Source: an uncultured bacterium (lineage in GTDB: Bacteria; Verrucomicrobiota; Verrucomicrobiia; Limisphaerales; UBA8199). Taken from it: a stretch of DNA of 64,000 bases. The notes beneath the pieces were generated by a model. That model was not told the origin of the DNA and searched no databases. It saw only the letters and a list, made by a program, of their open reading frames with translations. Numbering within the stretch: position 1 is the first letter of the stretch; each line of letters begins with the position of its first letter. Positions 10,622 to 20,069 of this stretch are shown here, piece after piece. The DNA lies in contig CAVVMW010000021.1 in the NCBI GenBank assembly GCA_963749495.1, forward strand, positions 768,001 to 832,000, in the 5' to 3' direction. The translations under genes and the position numbers were made by a program.

Positions 10622-10654
10622 GGGTTTTTCGCGCGGGCGCGGCTTCCGGGTCAG

Positions 10655-11413
10655 TCACCACCAGAATTGCGGCTCGAATCCCGCACTGGTCCGCACTCTC
10701 ATTCCAGGGAATTTCTGCCAGGCAATATGGCCATCAAGATAAAGCAGGTTGCCCCCCGCCGGCCGCGCCCCAGAAGCATGCCCCACCTGGCCGGCGCCCC
10801 AATTCTCGAGATGGCTGGTCCGGTGCGGTTCGACCCAGCCCCCGATGATTTGGGTGAATGAGCCGCCGCCGGCGTACGATCCATCCGCTCGGGTGCCGGC
10901 GTTCTCCGAGCAGGTGGCGTCGGCCACAAGGACTGACTGTGCCACGTTTGTGTTCAGGCCGGTCGTCAATCGCTGCTGGGCGTACTTGGCATCGACCCCT
11001 CCAACGCCCTTCATCCAAAAGCTGTAGCCCAGGACGAAGTAACCGTACTCTTGGGACCAGTTGAGATAGAGCGTGTCATTATCCTGAACCGCAGCCGAGG
11101 GGCAGTAGAGCACATGCCGCTGCATGCCTGTGCGGAGCAGGTTGGTGACGGTCGCGTTAGGCAGGTCCCACGGCCAGTTGCTGGGCCCATTGACTTCCGG
11201 CAACCGGTCCCGGTTGTCATCCGCGTAAATACGCATGGCGAGGCCGATTTGGTGCAGGTTGCTGGCACACCGGGCGCGGTTTGCCCGTTCCTTGGACTTT
11301 GACAATGCGGGGAGAAGCATCGCCGCCAGGATCGCGATGATGGCGATAACGACCAGCAACTCGATGAGCGTAAAAGCAGATCCTTCGCTCGGGCGTTTCC
11401 GATTCGTTTTCAC
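10655..11413 (-). CDS. Prepilin-type N-terminal cleavage/methylation protein with H-X9-DG domain (DUF1559-like)
   Basis: [36 protein letters not shown], and C-terminal [10 protein letters not shown]. Confidence 0.92.
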   Translation of the reverse strand: MKTNRKRPSEGSAFTLIELLVVIAIIAILAAMLLPALSKSKERANRARCASNLHQIGLAMRIYADDNRDRLPEVNGPSNWPWDLPNATVTNLLRTGMQRHVLYCPSAAVQDNDTLYLNWSQEYGYFVLGYSFWMKGVGGVDAKYAQQRLTTGLNTNVAQSVLVADATCSENAGTRADGSYAGGGSFTQIIGGWVEPHRTSHLENWGAGQVGHASGARPAGGNLLYLDGHIAWQKFPGMRVRTSAGFEPQFWW

Positions 11414-11562
11414 GGGAACCGACAGGCGGCGTTTTTCGTTATCCAGTCACGGTCTTTCGTTTCTCGGCCTGCCGCGGACTAGCCGCTTGGGCCGATTTGC
11501 CGATCACACAGGCGTTATCGGACCACCCGGTTTCGGCGACTTGATTCGTGCTGGCTGTTCTC

Positions 11563-12202
11563 GTAAACGTTTTCACAAACGGTGTCAACCGGATTCTTTC
11601 GCTTTCGCGGCAGAATCAGGAGAATTGGCCGGCAACCGAACCGGCCGTGAAGAGGCACGTGCCCGATTCCCAATGGCAAACGGAACACGCAGGCGTTTCC
11701 GCGGAGAGTTGCGCCATCCCCACGGCAGGCGGGCAGGTGGGCGGCGACGGGCCTCCGACCCGGAGTTCGCGTGGCGGCCGGATCGCCACTGCCTGGCGGA
11801 CTTTGCTCTGGACTCGCTCCCATCGGTTTTGGGGATGTGGCATTTGGCGCACAGATTCTGCCACCGAGCCACAAATCCTTGGTGTCGCGGTGGTTGCATC
11901 TGGCGGCGGGTGGCTCGCGTTAGCGAAGAATTCCGCTTGCGGTTCTTTCGGAAACGTTTACAAGGAAATCCAGCATGAAGCAGCCGGCACAAATCAGGCC
12001 ACCGAATCCGGGTGGCGCCATAACCATGGATCCAGCTTCGATGAAGACGCGAGGCTCTCTAAAACAAACCAGCCCGGCATTGAAGGTTGAAGTCAGATCG
12101 TCCTGAATGTGCGCCGTTGAGATCGCTTTTCCTCCCTTGGGCGCCAGACTGAAATAGCCGCAAACTAAGAGACGTGCCCGCCAGAAACTGTAACCGTTTA
12201 CA
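11563..12202. promoter_or_regulatory. Three LacI-family-like operator palindromes in the divergent intergenic region
   Basis: gtaaacgttttc (11563-11574), ggaaacgtttac (11950-11961), tgtaaccgtttaca (12189-12202); CG-centred AAnCGnTT LacI pattern upstream of a ribose-type operon. Confidence 0.6.
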
Positions 12203-12214
12203 ACTGCCAATATT

Positions 12215-13231
12215 ATGTTGATTGTCGAATCCTACCCCCTCGCCATCGCGATGTGTTTGATCACCATGCTTTGCTGGGGTTCCTGGGCCAACACTCAGAA
12301 GCTCGCCAGCAAAGAATGGCGTTTCCAGCTCTTTTATTGGGACTATGCCATCGGCGTGTTCTTGTTGGCGCTGCTGCTGGCCTTCACCCTGGGCAGCAGC
12401 GGCGCCGGCGGCCGGGGCTTTCTGGCCGATCTCAAGCAGGCGGACAGCCAGTGGCTCGGGAGCGCTTTTCTGGGCGGAATCATCTTCAACCTGTCGAACA
12501 TTCTGCTGGTGGCGGCCATTGACATTGCCGGCATGGCGGTGGCGTTTCCGGTGGGTGTCGGGCTCGCGTTGGTGCTCGGTGTCATCACCACCTACCTTTC
12601 GACCAAGGTAGGGAATGTGCCAATGCTGGGTGTGGGGGTGGCGGCCGTCATGGTCGCGATCATCCTCGATGCGCTGGCCTACAAACGTCTGGCCAGCGGG
12701 GGCCAGAAAACCCCGATGAAGGGCATTGTCATCTCCATCGCGGCGGGCGTATTGATGGGCTTTTTCTACAAGTATGCGGCCCAGGCGATGGGGCAAATCG
12801 ATCCCGTCGCGAACACGCTGGAAGCCGGAAAACTCAGCCCCTACACAGCCATTGTGCTGTTCAGTTCCGGGCTGTTGCTCTCCAATTTGCTATGGAACAG
12901 CATCATGATGATCAAGCCCTTTGCCGGGCCCCCGGTGCCCTTTGGCGACTATTTCACCAAAGGCAATGCGCGGCTCCACCTGGTCGGCATCCTGGGCGGG
13001 ATGATCTGGAACGTCGGCATGTCCTTTAGCATCATCGCCAGCACCAAGGCCGGCGCCGCCCTCTCCTATGGCCTCGGCCAGGGCGCGACCATGATCGGCG
13101 CCTGCTGGGGAGTATTCATCTGGAAGGAATTCAAAGGCGCGCCCAAGGGCACCAACGGTCTGTTGGCCGCGATGTTCCTGTTCTATCTCATCGGCTTGGC
13201 GGTGTTGATCCTCTCCAAGCTCAACTCCTGA
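12215..13231 (+). CDS. DMT-superfamily (GRP/ureide permease-like) sugar transporter, probably ribose uptake
   Basis: MLCWGSWANT...FYWDY and SYGLGQGATMI...WGVFIWKEFK motifs; about 10 TM; directly upstream of ribokinase. Confidence 0.85.
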   Translation: MLIVESYPLAIAMCLITMLCWGSWANTQKLASKEWRFQLFYWDYAIGVFLLALLLAFTLGSSGAGGRGFLADLKQADSQWLGSAFLGGIIFNLSNILLVAAIDIAGMAVAFPVGVGLALVLGVITTYLSTKVGNVPMLGVGVAAVMVAIILDALAYKRLASGGQKTPMKGIVISIAAGVLMGFFYKYAAQAMGQIDPVANTLEAGKLSPYTAIVLFSSGLLLSNLLWNSIMMIKPFAGPPVPFGDYFTKGNARLHLVGILGGMIWNVGMSFSIIASTKAGAALSYGLGQGATMIGACWGVFIWKEFKGAPKGTNGLLAAMFLFYLIGLAVLILSKLNS

Positions 13232-13283
13232 AGCGATCGCCCGCAAATAGCATGCCCAACCTCCAATTGTGAAAACCAAGTCT

Positions 13284-14240
13284 ATGGCAAAACCCAAAAT
13301 CCTCGTCGTCGGCAGCTCGAATACCGACATGATCATCAAGCTCGACCGCATCCCGCAGCCGGGCGAAACTATCCTGGGCGGCGAGTTTACCACTGCCGCC
13401 GGGGGCAAGGGCGCCAATCAGGCGGTGGCCGCGGCCCGCGCGGGCGGGCAGGTTACCTTCGTCGCTCGGGTTGGCCGGGACATGTTCGGAGAGCAAGCCG
13501 TCGCCGGATTTGTTAAAGACGGCATCCAGGTTGAATACGTGACCCGTGACCACGCCGCGCCCTCCGGCGTGGCGCTCATCTTTGTGGCCAAAGACGGCGA
13601 GAATAGCATCGCCGTGGCGGGCGGGGCCAACGGCGCGCTCTCACCGGCCGACGTGAAGAAGGCCAAGGGGTCCATCGCCGGCGCGAGCGCCGTGGTGATG
13701 CAGCTTGAAACGCCGCTGGCCACCGTGCAGGCCGCCGCCGAACTGGCGGCCCGGGCGAAAGTGCCCGTGATCCTGAATCCGGCCCCGGCGCGGGTCTTGC
13801 CCGACAAACTCCTCAAGCTGGTTTCCATTCTCACGCCGAACGAGACCGAGGCCGAGTTGCTCACCGGCATCGCCGTCACTGACCAGGCCACGGCAGCGCA
13901 GGCAGCCGACGAGCTTCGGGCTCGGGGCGTCCAGACCGTCATTCTCACGCTGGGCGCCCGTGGCGCGTTCGTCGCTACAGCTTCGACCCGCGAACTCGTT
14001 CCCGGTTTCCGGGTGAAGGCTGTGGATACTACCGCTGCCGGAGACGTCTTCAACGGGGCGCTGGCGGTCGCGCTCGGCGAGGGCACGCCGCTGATCCAGG
14101 CGGTCCGCTTTGCCAATGCCGCCGCGGCGATTTCCGTAACCCGGCTGGGGGCCCAACCTTCCGCGCCGGCTCGCAAGGAGATCCAGCGGCTGCTGGCCAA
14201 GGCAAAGACCCCGCCCCGCGCAGGCGCTCCCGAGGGGTAG
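13284..14240 (+). CDS. rbsK: Ribokinase
   Basis: VVGSSNTD, GGKGANQAVAAAR, PNETE and DTTAAGDVFNG PfkB motifs. Confidence 0.95.
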   Translation: MAKPKILVVGSSNTDMIIKLDRIPQPGETILGGEFTTAAGGKGANQAVAAARAGGQVTFVARVGRDMFGEQAVAGFVKDGIQVEYVTRDHAAPSGVALIFVAKDGENSIAVAGGANGALSPADVKKAKGSIAGASAVVMQLETPLATVQAAAELAARAKVPVILNPAPARVLPDKLLKLVSILTPNETEAELLTGIAVTDQATAAQAADELRARGVQTVILTLGARGAFVATASTRELVPGFRVKAVDTTAAGDVFNGALAVALGEGTPLIQAVRFANAAAAISVTRLGAQPSAPARKEIQRLLAKAKTPPRAGAPEG

Positions 14241-14407
14241 TTGGTCAAGGGCGGCGCCCTTGCTCAAACCCCTTCCTCGGGCGCTCTCCCGCCGCCAGTC
14301 AATTTCGCCCGAACTCCGCGAATAATTCCGCAAAAGTGAACGAACAACGAACGAGTAAAAAAAGCAAACCACAACCCAAGAAACAAACCACAGACAAGCA
14401 AAGCCGT

Positions 14408-17400
14408 ATGAAAACCAATGGAAACATCAGCATGCTCGCCGCCTGCCTGGCCGGCGCATGCTTTTTCAGCAGCCAGGCAACTGCCGGCACACTGATCGGC
14501 AGCACGGCCACGGCCCCGGCAACGGTCAACCTGACTGCGGAAGGCGCGCTGGACTGGGCGCACTGGGGTTTGACGGTGCCAACCGATTTCGATCAAAAGG
14601 AGGGGGGCACAAATCAAATCAGCAACTACACGCAAATCACCGTGTTGCCAAACGCCGATGCGGTTCATCAATTTGGCAATGCGCCAACCGCCTATTCCTG
14701 GAGCGATGGCACGCCCGACCCAAGTGCGGACCCCGGCTCAACGACCGGGATCTACACCGGCACCGTCAGCAACGGTTTCCAAATCACCGTCGCGGCGGAC
14801 ACGACGAAGAAGGTTCTCAGGGTATATGCCGGGGCCTGGAATTCGCAGGTCCAATTTGAGGCCACCCTCAGTGACGGCAGCGCCCCTGCCTATACGGATG
14901 AGAGTCTTATCAACTTTACCGGCAACGGAGTCGCGGCGGTCTATACGATAGAGTATGCCGCAAACTCGCCCGGCCAGACCCTTACGATCACGTTTTATTC
15001 GATTGCCTTCACGAGCTCTTCCCAGGCTGGCAACTGCACGCTCATGGCGGCTTCGCTCTTTAGCGCGTCGCCGTGCATTGTGAATCCGCCTGCTTCCCAG
15101 ACGAATTATCCAGGGCACACCGCGCAGTTTACGGTCCAGGCCGAGGGTTGGTCACCGTTGGCTTATCAATGGTGGAAGGAATCGAACGGTGTCTATGCCC
15201 CGCTTGCCGAGGGAGGTCAAATCTCCGGCTCGACGACGCCGAGTTTGACCATCAGCAACCTGGTGCCGGCCAATGCGACAAATTACATCGTCACGGTCAC
15301 CAACGTTTACGGCGCGGCCACGAGCAGCGCAGCCACGCTGGCCTTTTTGCCAATCATTGGAGCCCTGAACGGCAGCGCGGCCCCAGCCCCGGCAACAGCC
15401 AACCTGACCGCGGAAGGCACGCTGGACTGGGCGCACTGGGGTTTGAGCGTCGCAACGGATTTCGACGATAAGGAGGGAGGCGGAAATCAAATCAGCAACA
15501 TCACCCTATTCGGCCCCAGCCAAAACGGTCCGTTTCAGTATGGCAATGCTCTAGTCGCATACTCCTGGGGCGATGGCGCTCCCGACACAACAGCGGCTGG
15601 CACGGCGACTGGGATTTATTTTAACAACTTGGACGACGGTTACCAAATCACCGTCCCGGCGGACACCACGAAGCGGATTCTCAGGGTGTATGCGGGGGGT
15701 TGGAATTCGACGGTCCATTTTGACGCCGCGCTCAGTGACAAAAGCGCCCCTCCCTACATTGATGAGAGTCTTGTCACTGCCGGCGCGAACCAGGCTGCGA
15801 ATGTTTATACGATAGATTATGCCGCAGCCTCGGCGGGCCAGACCCTTACCATTACAGTTTACAATTTAACAAGCGGTGGCAACTGCACCCTCATGGCGGC
15901 TTCACTGTCTGGCCCCTCGCCGAACATTGTGAATCCACCCGCTTCCAAGACGGCTTACCTGGGGTACAGCGCGCAATTAACGGCACAGGCGGAGGGTTGG
16001 TCGCCCTTGGCTTACCAATGGTGGCGGGAATCGAACGGTGCCTACACCCCCCTTGCCGACGGAGGCCAGGTCTTCGGCTCGACGACACCGACTCTGACCA
16101 TCAGCAACCTCGTGGCCGCCAATGCGACAAATTACATCGTCACGGTCACCAACCTTTATGGTGCGGCCACGAGCACTGTAGCGGCTTTGACCGCTGCTCC
16201 CATCACCGGAGCCTTGAACGCCAGCGCAGCCTCCGCCCCGGCAACAGCCAACCTGACCGCGGAAGGCACGCTGGACTGGGCCCACTGGGGTTTGAGCGCG
16301 GCAACCGATTTCGATGACAAGGAGGGAGGCGGAAATCAAATCAGCAACATCACGCTAATCGGCCCGAGCCAAAACGGCCCGTTTCAATATGGCGGTGCGC
16401 TGGTCGCATACTCCTGGAGCGATGGCACTCCTGACACAACAGCCGATGGCACGGCGACTGGGGTTTATTTTAATAACTTCGACAACGGTTACCAGATCAC
16501 CGCGCCGGCGGATACTACAAAGAGGATTCTCAGGGTATATGCTGGCGGGTGGAATACAACGGTCCACTTTGAGGCCTCGCTCAGTGACAAAAGCGCCCCT
16601 CCCTACATTGATGAGAGTCTTGTTACTGCCGCCAATGCCTCCCTCGCCAATGTCTATACTATAGAGTATGCCGCAGCCTCGCCAGCCCAGACCCTTGCCA
16701 CTACAGTTTACGGTATCACAGGCAATGGGAACTGCACCCTCATGGCGGCTACACTGAGCGGCCCGGAGCCGCGCATAACGGGCCAGCCTCCTTCGCAGAC
16801 GAATTGGATTGGGCAGAACGTACAACTCTCAGCGAGTGCCTTGGGTTGGCCGGTCCTGGCTTATCAATGGTGGCGGCAAGCGAACGGTGTCTATGCCCCG
16901 CTGGCCGACAGCGCCCAGATCTCAGGTTCCACAACGCCGACTTTGGCCATCGGCAATCTGGTGTCTGCCAACGCGACAAATTACTATGTCGTGGTCACCA
17001 ATGCCTACGGCGCGGCCACCAGCAGTGTGGCGAATTTGACCGTTTTGCCGCTCACCGGAACCTTGCAGGGCGCAGTAAACCCGCCCCCACCCGCGAACTC
17101 GGTCGTTAACCTCACTGCCGAAGGAACGCTGGACTGGATCAACTGGGGTCTTGTTGACCAAACCAGTATCGATCAAAAGGCGGTGTCAGGAGTCCCAGCA
17201 GGCCTGATCAGCACCTGGTCGCCGTTTGGCCCCACTCCCGCCTACACCGGTGATGATACCACCGATCTGCAATACAGTTTTTCGTGGACCGATGGCACGC
17301 CCGACGCAACAATCACCACGCCAGCTCATTATGTATATGCGGGCAGCTTGGGCGTAGGTTACCAAATCACCGTCCCGGCGGACAAAACCAAGAAAGTTTT

Positions 17401-17809
17401 GAAGTTATATTACTCCCTCTGGAATTGCACGGCCCGCGTTATGGCCACCCTTAGTGACGATAGCGCGCCTCCGGTTATTAACGATTCCCTGAATTCTGGA
17501 GGGGTCACTACGGGTGTCGCGTCGATAGAGTTTGCCGCAGGTTCCGCCAACCAGACCCTCACTGTCACAATGTATGACTTTTTGGGCGCTGGCAACGTCG
17601 GCATGAACGCGGCTACACTGTCGCTTGCACCCCTTTCACCGCCGACGCTGCAGTTGAGCCGATCGGGTTCGGGTCTGCAGTTAGCCTGGCCGTATGGCAC
17701 GCTGCTGCAAGCGACCAACTTGAGCGGGCCGTGGACGACAGTCACGGCTGCTTCACCGTACACCGTCACGCCGAGCGCGCCTCAAATGTTTTATCGGGTG
17801 AAGGAATAA
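14408..17809 (+). CDS. Secreted repeat protein: four beta-sandwich modules interleaved with Ig-like domains, FYRV tail
   Basis: Signal peptide; four NLTAEG.LDW..WG repeats; three Ig-like PL.YQWW...NY.V.VTN.YGAATS domains; ends MFYRVKE. Confidence 0.88.
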   Translation: MKTNGNISMLAACLAGACFFSSQATAGTLIGSTATAPATVNLTAEGALDWAHWGLTVPTDFDQKEGGTNQISNYTQITVLPNADAVHQFGNAPTAYSWSDGTPDPSADPGSTTGIYTGTVSNGFQITVAADTTKKVLRVYAGAWNSQVQFEATLSDGSAPAYTDESLINFTGNGVAAVYTIEYAANSPGQTLTITFYSIAFTSSSQAGNCTLMAASLFSASPCIVNPPASQTNYPGHTAQFTVQAEGWSPLAYQWWKESNGVYAPLAEGGQISGSTTPSLTISNLVPANATNYIVTVTNVYGAATSSAATLAFLPIIGALNGSAAPAPATANLTAEGTLDWAHWGLSVATDFDDKEGGGNQISNITLFGPSQNGPFQYGNALVAYSWGDGAPDTTAAGTATGIYFNNLDDGYQITVPADTTKRILRVYAGGWNSTVHFDAALSDKSAPPYIDESLVTAGANQAANVYTIDYAAASAGQTLTITVYNLTSGGNCTLMAASLSGPSPNIVNPPASKTAYLGYSAQLTAQAEGWSPLAYQWWRESNGAYTPLADGGQVFGSTTPTLTISNLVAANATNYIVTVTNLYGAATSTVAALTAAPITGALNASAASAPATANLTAEGTLDWAHWGLSAATDFDDKEGGGNQISNITLIGPSQNGPFQYGGALVAYSWSDGTPDTTADGTATGVYFNNFDNGYQITAPADTTKRILRVYAGGWNTTVHFEASLSDKSAPPYIDESLVTAANASLANVYTIEYAAASPAQTLATTVYGITGNGNCTLMAATLSGPEPRITGQPPSQTNWIGQNVQLSASALGWPVLAYQWWRQANGVYAPLADSAQISGSTTPTLAIGNLVSANATNYYVVVTNAYGAATSSVANLTVLPLTGTLQGAVNPPPPANSVVNLTAEGTLDWINWGLVDQTSIDQKAVSGVPAGLISTWSPFGPTPAYTGDDTTDLQYSFSWTDGTPDATITTPAHYVYAGSLGVGYQITVPADKTKKVLKLYYSLWNCTARVMATLSDDSAPPVINDSLNSGGVTTGVASIEFAAGSANQTLTVTMYDFLGAGNVGMNAATLSLAPLSPPTLQLSRSGSGLQLAWPYGTLLQATNLSGPWTTVTAASPYTVTPSAPQMFYRVKE

Positions 17810-20069
17810 TTGAAAATGAAACTGTCGCGCCGCTCCTTCCTCCAGCGGAGCATAACCGGTGCCGCCACCTTCGCGGTCGGGCGCGGACTGCCCGTCCTCG
17901 CAGCCGCCGGGTCCAAACCTTGGGAGTTTAAACCGGACCAGCATACCATTCCCGCGCCCGCCAATCCGGCAGACTGGCCTGCGTTCCGCGAGCAACTGCA
18001 ATCTTGGCGCGAGCAGACGAAGCAGCGGCTCAGCTACAGCGATGCGCTCTACCGGAAGCCGGAGTTCGCCTGGGCGGCTTCGTCGTTTGCCTGCTGCTTC
18101 CTGATGATGTGCGACGAGACGTTCTACGATCCGCGCTCGGGCGCCTGCACGGTGGAGGCGTTCCTCGACCACGGCCGGCACGAGTTTGGCGGCTACGACA
18201 GCCTCGTGTTGTGGCACGCCTATCCGCGGATTGGCGTGGACGCCCGCAACCAATTCGATTTCTACCGCGACATGCCGGGCGGCTGGAACGGCCTGCGTGA
18301 CCTCAGCCGCCGATGCCACCGGCGGAACGTGAAAGTTTTCATCGACTACAACCCGTGGGACACCGGCACGCGCCGGGAGCGGAAGAACGATCTGGAGACG
18401 CTCGCCGAACTGGTCGCCGCCATCGAGGCCGACGGCATCTTCCTGGACACGATGGACAAAGGCTCCGGCCAATTCCGGCCCGGCTCGACGCGGTACGGCC
18501 CGGTGTGATTTTGGAAGGCGAAGGGGCGCTCCCGCTGGAGAACATTCACGATCATCATGCCTCCTGGGCGCAATGGTTCACCGACAGCGAAGCGCCTGGC
18601 GTGCTGCGGAACAAATGGTTCGAGCGCCGCCATATCCAGCATCAGATCAAGCGCTGGGACTACGACCACACCGCCGAACTCCATGCCGCCTGGATGAACG
18701 GCTCCGGGATGATGGTGTGGGAGAATGTCTTCGGGGCGTGGGTCCCCTGGTGCCCGCGCGACCGCTCGATCCTGCGCGCGATGCTGCCGATTCAGCGGCG
18801 CTATGCCGAGCTCTTTTCCGGTGAGAACTGGACGCCGCTGGTCCCCACCAGCCAGCCGGGCTCTTTGCCAGCCTTTGGGAAGGACATGGCCTGCGGCTGT
18901 GGACGTTGGTGAACCGCAGAAACGAACCGGTGTCAGGGCGGCTGTTCGAGATCGAAGCGCGACCGGGCGAAGTGCTGGCGCACGGCCACTATGACCTGAT
19001 CAAAGGCGAGGAGCTTCGGCCGGAGGCGATCGAGGGTCCTTTGCGGATTGATGGCAGCCTCCCGGCGCGCGGTATCGGTTGCATCCTCGCCGGGAAGCCC
19101 GCTCAACTGGGCCGTGACTTTGGTTCTTTCTTGAAGCAGCAGCGCCAAACCAACGCCCGCGCTGACTTCGACGCGGCCACTCCTCATCGCCAAACGCGCC
19201 TTATTGCCGTGGCTCCAACAGCGCGAGCGAAGCAGGCGCCCGCAGGCATGGTGGAAATCCCTTCGGCCACGGTGGAGTTGGCCATCGAAATGCGCCAGCG
19301 CGAGTGCGGCTACTACGAATCCTCACCACCACGCGGGCACCGGCTCGCCGATTCCTACCCATTCAACACCGTGACGTTCCGCCGACGCGTCGAGTTCAAG
19401 CGTTTCGCCATCGACCTTACGCCGGTGACCAACGCGCAGTTCGCCCAGTTTCTGAAGGCGACGAAATGGAAACCGAGTGCTGGCGCACGGCCACCAAGCG
19501 AGAACTTCCTCAAACACTGGACCAGTGGCAAGCCGCCCGCCGGGCAGGAAGACCACCCGGTCGTGTATGTGGACTTGGACGACGCTCGCGCCTACGCCCG
19601 ATGGGCTGGCAAACGGCTGCCGACCGAGGAAGAGTGGCAATACGCCGCGCAAGGCGCCGATGGGCGCGCATATCCGTGGGGCAACGAAATGCAGCCCGGT
19701 TGCTGCAACGAGGGCAAATCCGGCGGGACCACGCCGGTCAAAGCGTTCCCCCTGGGCTGCTCGCCATTCGGTTGTTACGATCTCTGTGGCAACGTCTGGC
19801 AATGGACCGAAAGCGAGCGCAGGGACGGACGGACCCGTTTTTGCATCATCCGGGGCGGCTCATTCTTTTCCGCCCGCGGTTCCAATTGGTATGTGGACGG
19901 CGGCCCGCGCCCGGCGAACTTCGCGACCAAGTTCCTGTTGATGTGGCCCGGCTTGGACCGTTGCGCCACCATTGGCTTCCGGTGCGTCAAAGACTTGGAA
20001 TTTCAATCTCATACAGAATGGTTTCGCAGCACGCCAACAGGCCCTACTACAATGGCTCGCAACGCATGA
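17810..20069 (+). CDS. Tat-exported FGE-sulfatase (SUMF1/EgtB-like) domain protein, split by two frameshifts
   Basis: Twin-arginine SRRSFL; three overlapping ORFs (17810-18508, 18313-18912, 18906-20069) join at about 18475 and 18860; RLPTEEEWQYAA, GNVWQWT and IGFRC motifs. Confidence 0.85.

Noticed and set aside
14500..17200. Diversity-generating retroelement TR/VR pair among the repeats
   Set aside because: No reverse transcriptase in the window, and the differences are not visibly adenine-specific.
19304..20065. N-terminal 254 aa of the 1258-aa ORF
   Set aside because: Shadow frame of the FGE-sulfatase gene; the likely start is ATG 20066.
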